Shown: positions 1 through 9,095 of the stretch, piece after piece
Numbering within the stretch: the first letter of the stretch is position 1
Layout: each line of letters begins with the position of its first letter
Origin: an uncultured Alistipes sp.
Lineage (GTDB): Bacteria > Bacteroidota > Bacteroidia > Bacteroidales > Rikenellaceae
Reading direction: 5' to 3'
DNA length: 64,000 bases
NCBI GenBank assembly: GCA_900553175.1
Contig: USCH01000003.1
Coordinates: 10,553-74,552, forward strand
Translations under genes and position numbers: made by a program
The notes under the pieces: generated by a model
Seen by the model: the letters and a program-made list of their open reading frames with translations, nothing else
Database searches by the model: none
What the model was told of the DNA's origin: nothing

Positions 1-1847
1 AGGGAGAGGACGGCCGTGCCGCTGTGCCAGGGAATGTAGGGAATCTGGTCGCGGTAGTAGGTGTCGGCCGGATCGGTGACGTCGATGGCTTCCTGATAGG
101 TGTACTGCAGCCGGGTGGTCACCTCCAGTCTGCCGAGCGAGAACAGGGTGTTCAGCACGGCATCCACGCCCTTGATCCGCACCTCGCCCAGATTGAGCAT
201 CGTCCATCGGAACTGCTGCCCCTTGGGATAGGCGATGATTTTGTCCGTGATCCGGTTGCAGTAGGCGTCGACCGAGGCGTCGAGCATCCGCATGACGGGC
301 GATTTTTCGAAATTGCGCGTGTATTTGAGCCCCACGTTGAACTGTTCGGCATATTCGGGCTTGAGGAAGGCGTTGCCCATGTCCGTGTAGTAGAGATCGT
401 TGAAGGTCGGCATGCGGAACATCCGCTTGTAGAAGGCGCGCACCGAGAAGTCGTGGTTTTTCAGCAGCCTGAACGATCCGAAGAAAGCGGGGGTCGCCAC
501 GGCCTTGTCGGGGCGCGCTTCGAAGCGTTCGACCTTTTCGTGGACGAAATAACCCAGCACGCTGGCCTGCATCTTCAGCCGGCCCCATTCGAACGCCGTG
601 GCCAATGCGGCCATGTGGGTGAACCGGGTCGGATAGGGAAAGGTGCCGTCGTCTTCGGTGGGCATGTAGAAGGTGGCGTCGAGCGTGTTCCACTGGAAGT
701 CGTAGGCCAGCGACACCTCCCAGTGCTCCAGAATGTTGTACAGGTTGGCGCACGAAAGGTAGAACTCTTTCTGTTTGTAGGTGTTCTTGGTCTGGATCAG
801 CTTGGCGTCCTGGTTCTCGTAATGGGTGTAGTCGGCGGCGTACTTGGCGTTGAACAGCGTCCGGAAATTTTTCGACCAGCGGTTGGTGAGCGTGCCCTGG
901 ATGAACGAATTGGTGTCCCATAGCCGTTCGCCGTGGCGGAAGACATTGTTGACGATGGCGCCGGGAATGCCGCGTTCGGAGTTGTAGGTGTAGGCGCGCA
1001 GGGTCCACTGTCCGTCGGGCAGTTTGCCGTGGAGCCCGGCCTCCATGCGCGTGGCGTTGATGTCGCCGTTCTGCCGGTATGCCGTGGTGTCGTAGGCGAT
1101 CTCGCCCAGCGTGTTGCGGCGCCGGTAGCGGAACTTGTAGCGGCCGGTTGCGTGGGTCCACTCGCCGCTGAACGACGAGCTGACGGCGTCGGAAATCTTG
1201 TATTCGTAGCGCATCGAGGGGTTGATCAGACCGAACGAACCGCTCTTCATCGTGGCTTTGAAGTTGGCCCGCTTACCCTCTTCGAAGCGGGGCCGCCGCG
1301 TGGTGATGTAGATCGTGCCGGAGGCGCCGAAATCCTTCGCCGACTGGAAAATATCGCTTTTCTGTCCGTTATAGAGCGAGATCTCCTCCACGTCGTCCAG
1401 CGAAAAGCGGCCCAGATCGACCTGTCCGTTCTGGGCGTTTCCCAGCTGGATGCCGTCGTAGAACACGGCCATGTGGTTGGTGCCCATCGACCGGATGTTG
1501 ACGGTTTTCAGACCGCCCACGCCTCCGTAATCCTTGAGCTGCACCCCCGAGAAGTAACGGATGGCATCGGCCACCGAAAGCGAGTTCAGCCGCTGCAGGT
1601 CGACATCCTTGAGGACCTGTGCGGGAATGACTTCGCGGTATTTGGGAACGACGGGGGTGCCGATGATGATCACCTCCTTGATTCTCTGGACGCTGTCGAG
1701 GCGGCTCCGCACGGTTGCGGAGTCGGGGACGGAGTCGGGGACGGAGTCGGGGACGGAGCGGCTTCCGGCGGCTTCGGCGGCCGGAAGGAAGCCTCCTCCT
1801 TGTGCGATGAATGCGAGCGAAAGCAGCGTCAGACGGAGTCGTTTCAT
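1..1847 (-). CDS. btuB: TonB-dependent receptor, BtuB-like (cobalamin); 3' end runs off the window
   Basis: Not in the ORF track (open-ended). Manual translation from ATG 1847 gives MKRLRLTLLSLAFIAQ...SVADAIRYFSGVQLKDYGGVGGLKTVNIRSMGTNHMAVFYDGIQLGNAQNGQVDLGRFSLD (plug domain). It is still in frame at the window edge (YYRDQIPYIPWHSG) and lies directly downstream of a cobalamin riboswitch. Confidence 0.85.
   Translation of the reverse strand, partial: MKRLRLTLLSLAFIAQGGGFLPAAEAAGSRSVPDSVPDSVPDSATVRSRLDSVQRIKEVIIIGTPVVPKYREVIPAQVLKDVDLQRLNSLSVADAIRYFSGVQLKDYGGVGGLKTVNIRSMGTNHMAVFYDGIQLGNAQNGQVDLGRFSLDDVEEISLYNGQKSDIFQSAKDFGASGTIYITTRRPRFEEGKRANFKATMKSGSFGLINPSMRYEYKISDAVSSSFSGEWTHATGRYKFRYRRRNTLGEIAYDTTAYRQNGDINATRMEAGLHGKLPDGQWTLRAYTYNSERGIPGAIVNNVFRHGERLWDTNSFIQGTLTNRWSKNFRTLFNAKYAADYTHYENQDAKLIQTKNTYKQKEFYLSCANLYNILEHWEVSLAYDFQWNTLDATFYMPTEDDGTFPYPTRFTHMAALATAFEWGRLKMQASVLGYFVHEKVERFEARPDKAVATPAFFGSFRLLKNHDFSVRAFYKRMFRMPTFNDLYYTDMGNAFLKPEYAEQFNVGLKYTRNFEKSPVMRMLDASVDAYCNRITDKIIAYPKGQQFRWTMLNLGEVRIKGVDAVLNTLFSLGRLEVTTRLQYTYQEAIDVTDPADTYYRDQIPYIPWHSGTAVLS
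1718..1758. repeat. 12-bp tandem repeat (CGGAGTCGGGGA x3.4) encoding SVPD repeats in the receptor N-terminus
   Basis: Read directly; translates on the minus strand as SVPDSVPDSVPDS. Confidence 0.95.
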
Positions 1848-1985
1848 GATGCGTCGGTATCGAGGGTTTTGTTCGGCAAAACCTTTGATTCCACAGCCGC
1901 AATGCAACGAACGGATTGAAAAAGTGCTTTACATGCGTTGTCGATCCGGGCCCGTTCTCCGCAGGCTGCGAAATCATTCGGTCAT

Positions 1986-2172
1986 GCAAGGCAGGTCTTC
2001 TGACTCGTTCCGGTTCCGACGGCCTTCCCGGTTGTTCGCCAGTGGCCTTGAGATTGTCGTTACCTTGTGTGTCCGTTGCCGGACAGGAACTTACAGCAGC
2101 GGGAACTGTTGCCGGTTTTCACGGCATTCCCTTTTAATCGGGCGGAGGCGGGTGCCTCTTTCCGAACCTTTG
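1986..2172 (-). promoter_or_regulatory. Cobalamin riboswitch 1
   Basis: Minus strand reads ...AAAAGGGAATGCCGTGAAAACCGGCAACAGTTCCCGCTGCTGTAA...GCCACTGG...CCGGGAAGGC...GAGTCAGAAGACCTGCC (B12 box), upstream of the BtuB-like gene. Boundaries approximate. Confidence 0.93.
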
Positions 2173-2177
2173 CGCGG

Positions 2178-2185
2178 CAAAGATA
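2178..2185 (-). promoter_or_regulatory. Bacteroidota -7 promoter element (TATCTTTG) driving riboswitch 1/btuB
   Basis: Matches TAnnTTTG immediately 5' of the riboswitch. Confidence 0.7.
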
Positions 2186-2411
2186 GGAATAAGCGGGGAA
2201 AAAAAGAATTTATCCGTTTTTTTTGTCGGACGGGAGTATCTTCGGTGTAGCCGAAATACCGAAGAAGCCGGGCGCAAAAGCGAATCCATCCGCATTTTGT
2301 CGCGGCGAACGATCTGAAACGGAATCGGGAATAACGAAGTCGCCGGGCTCATCGAGCCCGGCGATACCCGGCTGTCGGACGCACCGGAGCCGCCCGATAC
2401 AGGGGAGGGGC

Positions 2412-3194
2412 CTATGGACGGGCGAACCGGATGCCGGCTTCGTAGAGCAGGTAGAGCGGAACGAAGACGATCATGAGCGTGAAGGGGTCGCCCGAAGGGG
2501 TGATGAACGCCGAGAGGATGAGCAGCACGACCACGGCGTGCCGGCGGTATTTGCGGAAGAAAGCCTTGTTCACGATGCCCAGTTTCGAAAGCAGCCATGC
2601 GAGCAGCGGCATTTCGAAGACCAGCCCCATGATGAAGACCATCATCAGAAAGTTTCCGATGTAGGAGTTGAGCGAAATCTGGTTGGCGATCGCTTCGCTC
2701 AACCGGTATTCGGTCAGAAACCGGAACGTGAAGGGAAAGACCAGGAAATAGCCCACTGCGCAGCCCAGGAAGAACATGCCCGTGCCGCAGAAAAAGGCCG
2801 TGCCCACGCTGTGACGCTCTCCGGGGAAGAGCGCCGGACGGATGAACCGCCAGATTTCGAAAATCAGGTAGGGGAACACGAGCACCAGGGCGAACCAGAA
2901 CGAGGTGCTGATGTGGGTCATGAACTGGGACGCGACGTTGATGTTGATGATCTCCACGCGGAATGCGTCGTCGCTGAAGTCGGGCAGCAGAGGATTGCCG
3001 CCGCCCAGCTTCGAGAGCCAGCGGTAGAGCGGAAATTCCGATGTGGTGGGGGCCAGTACGACGTGGTCGAAGAGGTAGGGCATGGCGCAGAAGCAGACGA
3101 TCATGCACACCAGCAGCACGGCGACGACACGCAGGAGCGACCACCTCAAATCCTCGAGGTGTCCCCAGAAGGTCATCATCTCGTTGTCTTCCAT
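2412..3194 (-). CDS. tatC: Twin-arginine translocase subunit TatC
   Basis: MTFWGHLEDLRWSL N-terminus, FEIWRFIRPAL, GLVFEMP and SAFITPSGDPFT motifs; about 6 TM segments. Confidence 0.95.
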   Translation of the reverse strand: MEDNEMMTFWGHLEDLRWSLLRVVAVLLVCMIVCFCAMPYLFDHVVLAPTTSEFPLYRWLSKLGGGNPLLPDFSDDAFRVEIININVASQFMTHISTSFWFALVLVFPYLIFEIWRFIRPALFPGERHSVGTAFFCGTGMFFLGCAVGYFLVFPFTFRFLTEYRLSEAIANQISLNSYIGNFLMMVFIMGLVFEMPLLAWLLSKLGIVNKAFFRKYRRHAVVVLLILSAFITPSGDPFTLMIVFVPLYLLYEAGIRFARP

Positions 3195-3208
3195 AGTTCG
3201 GGTATTAT

Positions 3209-3249
3209 GTTCCCGGGAACCTGCCTGTGCGGGGCGTGTTCCCGGGAAC
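3209..3249. repeat. Two copies of the perfect 12-bp palindrome GTTCCCGGGAAC (3209-3220, 3238-3249)
   Basis: Read directly in the DUF1080-tatC intergenic region. Confidence 0.9.
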
Positions 3250-3298
3250 GGTCTGTAATGAACGGAGTGCGGCGGAAATATCCGCCGTTATCCGGGGA

Positions 3299-4165
3299 TC
3301 AGTCGAGAATCTTGATGCGGATGTTGCGGAACCAGACGTCGTCGCCATGGTCCTGGAATCCGATGTAGCCTTCGTGGGCGTCGCCGCCGCAGTTGTCGAG
3401 CAGCTCGAATGCGAGGGGCCACTTTTCGGCGCTGAACTTGCTGTTCTGGAGCATCTCGGTCCACTGGGGCGTCCAGAGGTGGTACTCGAGGACGTTCTGG
3501 TCGTTCTGTCCGTGCACGACCGTGCCCTTGTAGACCAGAATCTTGGCCTTGTTCCATTCGCCGAAAGGCTTCTGGTTCTGGGGTACGGCGGGAATCATGT
3601 CGTAGAGCGACGCGGACTGGCGGTTGCCGTCGACGCCCAGCTTGGCATCGGGATGGTTCGCGTTGTCGAGCACCTGGTATTCGGGGCAGGAGATGTAGAT
3701 CGGCTCGTAACGCTCCGCGCCGTCCTTCTCGGTCTTGACCTCGCGGGCCAGGTAGAAGATGCCCGAGTTGCCGCCCTTCGAGACTTTCCACTCGAGTTCG
3801 AGCTCGAAGTTCTTGAACTTCTTGGCGAAAATCAGGTCGCCGCCCTCGCCGGTCTGCGCTTCGCCGCCGCCCGAGCCGTTGAATTTGATGGCCCCGTCGT
3901 CGATCGTCCAGCGCGAGGGCACGTTGTCCTTGCCGTAGCCGCGCCAGCCGTTGAAGGTCTTGCCGTCGAAGATCACGTAGTAGCCGTCCTTGTCCTGCGG
4001 GAATGCCGCGAGGTCGACTTCAGGGGCGTTGACCACCGTGTAGGCGGGCGCAGCCGCTTCGTCCTGCTGCTGGCTCTCGCCCGATTTGGCGGCGTTGCGG
4101 CCGCCGCAGGAAACCGCTGCGGCGCACAGAATCGCGCAGGCGGAAAACAGAATGCTTTTTTTCAT
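3299..4165 (-). CDS. DUF1080 lipoprotein (3-keto-glycoside hydratase/hydrolase family)
   Basis: Lipobox AAVSC; FDGKTFNGWRGY, NFELELEWK..GGNSGIFY, EYQVLDN, GEWN and GYIGFQDHGDDVWFRNIRIK motifs. Confidence 0.9.
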   Translation of the reverse strand: MKKSILFSACAILCAAAVSCGGRNAAKSGESQQQDEAAAPAYTVVNAPEVDLAAFPQDKDGYYVIFDGKTFNGWRGYGKDNVPSRWTIDDGAIKFNGSGGGEAQTGEGGDLIFAKKFKNFELELEWKVSKGGNSGIFYLAREVKTEKDGAERYEPIYISCPEYQVLDNANHPDAKLGVDGNRQSASLYDMIPAVPQNQKPFGEWNKAKILVYKGTVVHGQNDQNVLEYHLWTPQWTEMLQNSKFSAEKWPLAFELLDNCGGDAHEGYIGFQDHGDDVWFRNIRIKILD

Positions 4166-4195
4166 GGTTTTGTCTTTTTAAGGTTGTGCAGTCGG

Positions 4196-5668
4196 TTAGC
4201 GGGGCATGTCGGGCAGTTTCCAGCCGTCGCGGTAGGTGTGCTTGATGAGCTCCTGCGCGAATTGCTGTGCGTTCACCGGATCGGTCCAGGTCTTGTCGAA
4301 GGTGGGGTGCCCGTCCTTGATGTGGAAGCCGTCCCGGATGACCGTACGGATGGTCGCGTCGTCGGGGATGTTCGTGAAACGCATGTTCTCGCCGTCCCAT
4401 TCGAGCTCGCGGTTGAGGCTCTGGAGCCGTACGGCCAGCACGCCCATCACGACCATTTCGTTGAAGGGACCCGCCTCGCTGAAGTCCGAGGCGCTCGGCG
4501 TGCGGTAGTCGGGGTCCTCCTTGCAGGCGCGCACCCAGTCCATCTGGTGCGACTCGGTGATCTCGCGCAGCACCTTCGGCGCATCGGGCACACGGCCCGA
4601 CACCAGGTAGGGGTTCACGCCGTAGCAGCCGCAGATCAGGGTGTCTTTCGTGCCGTAGAAGATGGCGGCGCCGCCGGCCATGTTCAGATCCACGCCGGCC
4701 GGAAGCCCTGCGGGACGCTCGGGCAGCAGACCGCCGTCGTACCAGTGCACCTCCACTTCGGGCATGGCGACCTTGGGCATGTTGTCGCGGGCCGGGAAGA
4801 CGAACTTCACGCGCTGCGCGTTGGGCGCCGATTCGTTCAGCAGCAGCGTCGAGCTGCCCTGCACCTTGGTCGGGTGCCCCAGCTTGAGGGCCTTGAAGAC
4901 GGGATGCAGCACGTGGCAGGCCATGTCGCCCAGGGCGCCGGTGCCGAAGTCCCACCAGCCGCGGAAGTTCCAGGGCGTGTAGGCCGAATTGTAGGGACGG
5001 TAGGGGGCCGGGCCGATGAAGGCGTCCCAGTTCATCGTCTTGGGGATGCGTTCGTCGTTCTCGGGACGGGCCAGACCCTGCGGCCAGATCGGACGGTCGG
5101 TGAAGGTCTCCACCTTGCGCACCTCGCCGATCTCGCCGTTCCAGATCCACTCGCACACCTTGCGGACGCCCTCGTCCGAGGCGCCCTGGTTGCCCATCTG
5201 AGAGGCGATCCGGTGCTTCTTGGCCAGCTTGGCCAGCAGACGCGATTCGTAGACGGTGTGCGTCAGCGGCTTCTCGACGTAGACGTGCTTGCCCGCGGTG
5301 ATCGCGTCGGCGGCGATGATGGCGTGGGTGTGGTCCGCCGTGGCGACCATCACGGCGTCGGCCGACTGGAGCATGTCGTCGTACATGCGGCGGTAGTCGT
5401 TGTAACGCTTGGCGGCCGGGTAGCGCTCGAAGACGGGCGCGGCGTACTTCCAGTCGACGTCGCACAGTCCGATGATGTTCTGGCTCTCCAAACCGTGCAG
5501 AACGGCCGATCCGCGGCCGCCGATGCCGACGCCCAGAATGTTGAGCTTGTCCGAGGGGGCCGTGTGCCCGAATTTCTTGCCCAGCACCGTGCCGGGTACG
5601 ACCGTCAGACCGATGGCTGCCGTAGCACCGGCCTTCAGGAATTTCCGTCGTGACATTTCGTTTGCCAT
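4196..5668 (-). CDS. Gfo/Idh/MocA NAD-dependent oxidoreductase with Tat signal (glycoside 3-dehydrogenase-like)
   Basis: SRRKFLK twin-arginine signal; GIGGRG Rossmann motif; HVYVEKPL; WRGWWDFG-like GALGDMACH. Confidence 0.9.
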   Translation of the reverse strand: MANEMSRRKFLKAGATAAIGLTVVPGTVLGKKFGHTAPSDKLNILGVGIGGRGSAVLHGLESQNIIGLCDVDWKYAAPVFERYPAAKRYNDYRRMYDDMLQSADAVMVATADHTHAIIAADAITAGKHVYVEKPLTHTVYESRLLAKLAKKHRIASQMGNQGASDEGVRKVCEWIWNGEIGEVRKVETFTDRPIWPQGLARPENDERIPKTMNWDAFIGPAPYRPYNSAYTPWNFRGWWDFGTGALGDMACHVLHPVFKALKLGHPTKVQGSSTLLLNESAPNAQRVKFVFPARDNMPKVAMPEVEVHWYDGGLLPERPAGLPAGVDLNMAGGAAIFYGTKDTLICGCYGVNPYLVSGRVPDAPKVLREITESHQMDWVRACKEDPDYRTPSASDFSEAGPFNEMVVMGVLAVRLQSLNRELEWDGENMRFTNIPDDATIRTVIRDGFHIKDGHPTFDKTWTDPVNAQQFAQELIKHTYRDGWKLPDMPR

Positions 5669-5783
5669 GATTCTTCCGAAGTTGTTTTAAGGTTAGCGGT
5701 TATTGTTCGTTTTTACGCACCATTTCTCGCCTCGGCAAGCCCGTGCAGGCACGGCTTTGCGTTCGGCCTATCGAAACGGTTCG

Positions 5784-5990
5784 TTATTTCGACTCCTTTT
5801 TGGGGGTGTCGGTGTTCTCGATCTCCTTCTCGATGTTGTTCATGCCCTCCTTGAAGCTGCGGACGCCTTTGCCCAGTCCGTTCATCAGTTCGGGGATCTT
5901 CCTTCCGCCGAAAAGCAGCAGTACGATCAGGGCGATGACGACGATCTCGCCGGCCCCCAGATTGCCGAAAAATAGCAGGTGATTTATCAT
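5784..5990 (-). CDS. tatA: Twin-arginine translocase subunit TatA/E
   Basis: 68 aa; [35 protein letters not shown] is the canonical TatA signature. Confidence 0.93.
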   Translation of the reverse strand: MINHLLFFGNLGAGEIVVIALIVLLLFGGRKIPELMNGLGKGVRSFKEGMNNIEKEIENTDTPKKESK

Positions 5991-6107
5991 AAGAGTGTGT
6001 TTTAAGGTCCTATTTCTTGTTCATTCGTCCATTTTCCGTTCCGCCGGGTTGGACGGGCCCGGCTCCTCCGGCTTATCGAAAAGGCTCGTATCCGACAATT
6101 TTGCGGT

Positions 6108-7181
6108 TCAGGCCTTTTTGTGCAGCAGTCCGTACCCTTCGGTCATATTGCGGCGCCGTTCGCGGATCGCCTCCAGCTCCTGACGCGTCCCGATCGCGGG
6201 CAGCGCATGGCTGCGCGCATCCTCCAGAAAGCGCCACGCATACTCCGAGGCGACGGCCGCATCGCGGAAGCTGGGCAGCGAGGCGTCGAGGCGGCCCGTC
6301 CGGAGCGATCGTTCGAATTTCCGGCAGAGCACGTCGATGTTCTTGCCGCCGTAAGGCCTTTCGATCCGCTCGGTGCGGTTCACGCCGTGCAGTTCGACCA
6401 CCGCCGTACGGAAGTCGTGCGTCATGCGGGCGATGCCTTTCGTGCCGATGATGTCGACGTACGAATTGTGGGTCTGAACCTCGGCCAGCTGCCCGTATAC
6501 GTGGCCCTGGGTGATGTCGAAGACCACGCCGTTTTCGAACGTGCCGTGGCATTGCAGCCACCAGGGGTCCTTGTAGCTCCACATGCGCACGGCCTGTGCG
6601 TTCCAGGTCGCATACTCCGCACCGGCATACCAGCGTGCGATGTCCACGTAGTGCATGCCGCAGTCGTGGAAGGCCGGGCCTTCGTATTCGTGTCCTTCGC
6701 CGGGGGCCAGACCAGGGGTCATGTGGCAGACCCGGACGATGGCCAGCTCGCCGATCTCGCCCTCCTCGATGAACTGCTTGATCGTGCTGTGGTACCACGA
6801 GTTGCGGAGGTAGAGGTTGACCGTCGAGAGCAGCGGCGTGCTTTCGGCGGCCTCCACGGCGCGCCATTCGCGCTCCACCGTGTCGGCCACGGGCTTCTCG
6901 GCGATGACGTGCTTCCCGGCGGCGAATGCCCGCCTGATCTGTTCCGGCCGCGAATCGGCCAGAGCGAAAAGTCCGACGACCTCGACATCGGGATCGTCGA
7001 AAATCACCGCTTCGTCGGCGACGACCTGCGCTTCGGGGGCCGCCTGCCGGGCGTATGCACGCGCTTCGGCGTCGAGGTCGCAGATGTAGGCCACCTTCCA
7101 TTGTCCGCTGCGGCGCAGCTCGTCGAGATAGAAGCCTCCCATGCGGCCGAAGCCGATCATTCCTATTTTTATGGGGTTCAT
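6108..7181 (-). CDS. Gfo/Idh/MocA oxidoreductase without signal peptide
   Basis: IGMIGFGRMG Rossmann motif at the N-terminus, GKHVIAEKP, HDCGMHYVD. Confidence 0.88.
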   Translation of the reverse strand: MNPIKIGMIGFGRMGGFYLDELRRSGQWKVAYICDLDAEARAYARQAAPEAQVVADEAVIFDDPDVEVVGLFALADSRPEQIRRAFAAGKHVIAEKPVADTVEREWRAVEAAESTPLLSTVNLYLRNSWYHSTIKQFIEEGEIGELAIVRVCHMTPGLAPGEGHEYEGPAFHDCGMHYVDIARWYAGAEYATWNAQAVRMWSYKDPWWLQCHGTFENGVVFDITQGHVYGQLAEVQTHNSYVDIIGTKGIARMTHDFRTAVVELHGVNRTERIERPYGGKNIDVLCRKFERSLRTGRLDASLPSFRDAAVASEYAWRFLEDARSHALPAIGTRQELEAIRERRRNMTEGYGLLHKKA

Positions 7182-7267
7182 GAAACGCTGCGATAGTTTC
7201 GGGTTGTGTCGGTCGTTGATTCATGCGATGCGGGGCGTCCGGAAACCGGTTCCCGCAGCAAACTTTA

Positions 7268-7275
7268 CAAAGTTA
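7268..7275 (-). promoter_or_regulatory. -7 promoter element (TAACTTTG) of the oxidoreductase-tat operon
   Basis: TAnnTTTG match about 90 bp upstream of the 7181 start. Confidence 0.65.
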
Positions 7276-7302
7276 ACCCGAAATGGAATTCCTGCGAAGA
7301 GG

Positions 7303-7387
7303 CGGGGTGAAAAATGTAGTCGATTATTTCGTTATTTCTGTTTTCAATCAATAATTTATGTGTTTTATCGGGGTTGTAAAATGTAGT
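7303..7387. promoter_or_regulatory. Direct repeat AAAATGTAGT (7311-7320, 7378-7387; 67-bp period), candidate activator sites
   Basis: Both copies are preceded by CGGGGT(T)G(A/T); AT-rich spacer; located upstream of the -7 element. Confidence 0.5.
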
Positions 7388-7402
7388 TGTTTTGTAGCTT
7401 TT

Positions 7403-9067
7403 TCAGCTCTCCGCATGCCGAATCAGGCCGATTTTCATCACCCTTCTCTCGAACTCGTCGCGCGGCACCAGGGCCCGATTGCGCATGCGGGTGCGGTAGT
7501 TGTAGACCGTCGAGAGCGAGCAGCGCAGGAACGATGCGATGCGGGCGTTGTCCGCAATGCCCAGACGCAGCAGCGCGTAGATGCGCAATTCGCGGTTGAG
7601 CAGATGGTCCGCGCGGGGTACGATCCGCTCCTCCTCGCAGAGCAGGGCATTGAATTCCTCGACGAACGAGGGATAGAGCGTCAGGAAGATGACGTCGAAC
7701 TTGCGGAAGAGCTCGTGCTGCTCCTTTTCGAGCATCGACGTGGATTTGAGCTGTCGGGAGAGCAGGTCGTATTTCCTGCTGTCGGCCAGTTTCTTGAGCG
7801 TTTTGCGGTAGTCGTCCATCTTGTCGATGTAGATCGAGCAGATGTCGAAGAAGCGGGCGATGTACTGCACCTTTACGGCATTCGCGTCGAAGAGACGTTC
7901 GTTGGTCTCGATCAGCTCCTCGTTGAAGCGTGTCAGCTTGTCGTTCGTCAGCGAGAGCTCGCGGCGGATGCGGTTGAGGCTGCGGGCCTGCCGGTAGGTG
8001 AAGACGAAGAGAGCCACCAGCGTTGCCGAGAGTGCGACCAGCAGCACCAGATAGCTCTGCAAACGCTGCTTCGTGGCCGCCTCCCGCTCCCTCAGCGATG
8101 CGGATATGACCGAATAGAGCTCCGAAATCTCGGTCGCCCGGAACTGCACGTTGCTGAAAAGCGCATCCTCGAAAGCCGCATGGGTGTATTTGAACGCCCG
8201 TTCCAGATCGCCTTCGTGGTAGTAGTCGCGGGCCAGCGACTGGAACGAGGTGTTCTCCTTGATCGAATGGCGGGCGTCGGTGATGGCCGACAGCATTTCG
8301 TACTTGCGGCTCAGCTCCTTTTCGCCGTGCGAGCGGTAGAAGCCGCTGAGCTGGTGTGCGATTTCGGCATGACGCGGATCATCCGGACCGATCTCTTCGA
8401 AGAGCCGGCAGAGGTAGGATTCGACCGAATCGCGTCCGACGCTGCCGTCGTTGATCGTGCTGGCGAACGTGAGTTTGTAGCGCACGGACGACGGATCGCC
8501 CGCGAGGAGCATCGAGTCGGCATACCGTTCGAGCAGAGGGTAGTGCTTCTGCTGGTTGCTCAATGCGCCGTAGTGGAGGTAGCACAGATAGACCGCCCGG
8601 TAATAGGCGTGCAACAGCTGCGGAGGCACCGTCCGGCGGTCGACCGAATCCAGGAGGCGTTGGGCTTCGATCGACCGTCCGGTGGAGGAGTACAGCCGCG
8701 CCAGACGCAGTTTCGAATGGACGATGCAGCGCTGGCTGTCCATCTGGAGTCCGAGCCGGAGGTTGCGTTCGATGTAGCGGGTGGCCGAATCGAGCTTGTA
8801 TTTCTTGAATTCGGCGTAGAGCTGTTCGTTGATGCCGTACTCCTGCCGGGGAGTGAGCCCCTCGACTTCGCGCAGCGACCGCAGTTTCTCGATCCTCCGC
8901 TCCTTTTCCGCGTCGTACTGCGGCTTGGCTGCGATCGCCCGGTCCAGTTCGGCGGTATAGGGCGCCAGCGCATCCTCCCGGCAGGAGGTGAACGACAGCA
9001 CGCACGACAGCGCGACCGGCACGAACCATCGTCCGATGCGTAGCGTGCGTCCTCGTCGCTGCGTCAT
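7403..9067 (-). CDS. DUF6377 / SusR-like membrane-spanning transcriptional regulator
   Basis: Signal/lipobox-like LSFTSC, TPR-like periplasmic region, one TM helix, C-terminal FDVIFLTLYPSFVEEFNALL...ELRIYALLRLGI..IASFLRCSLSTVYNYRTRMRN HTH. Start chosen at MTQRRG. Confidence 0.85.
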   Translation of the reverse strand: MTQRRGRTLRIGRWFVPVALSCVLSFTSCREDALAPYTAELDRAIAAKPQYDAEKERRIEKLRSLREVEGLTPRQEYGINEQLYAEFKKYKLDSATRYIERNLRLGLQMDSQRCIVHSKLRLARLYSSTGRSIEAQRLLDSVDRRTVPPQLLHAYYRAVYLCYLHYGALSNQQKHYPLLERYADSMLLAGDPSSVRYKLTFASTINDGSVGRDSVESYLCRLFEEIGPDDPRHAEIAHQLSGFYRSHGEKELSRKYEMLSAITDARHSIKENTSFQSLARDYYHEGDLERAFKYTHAAFEDALFSNVQFRATEISELYSVISASLREREAATKQRLQSYLVLLVALSATLVALFVFTYRQARSLNRIRRELSLTNDKLTRFNEELIETNERLFDANAVKVQYIARFFDICSIYIDKMDDYRKTLKKLADSRKYDLLSRQLKSTSMLEKEQHELFRKFDVIFLTLYPSFVEEFNALLCEEERIVPRADHLLNRELRIYALLRLGIADNARIASFLRCSLSTVYNYRTRMRNRALVPRDEFERRVMKIGLIRHAES

Positions 9068-9095
9068 GTCGCTGCCGGCCGGATGCCGCGGTGTT

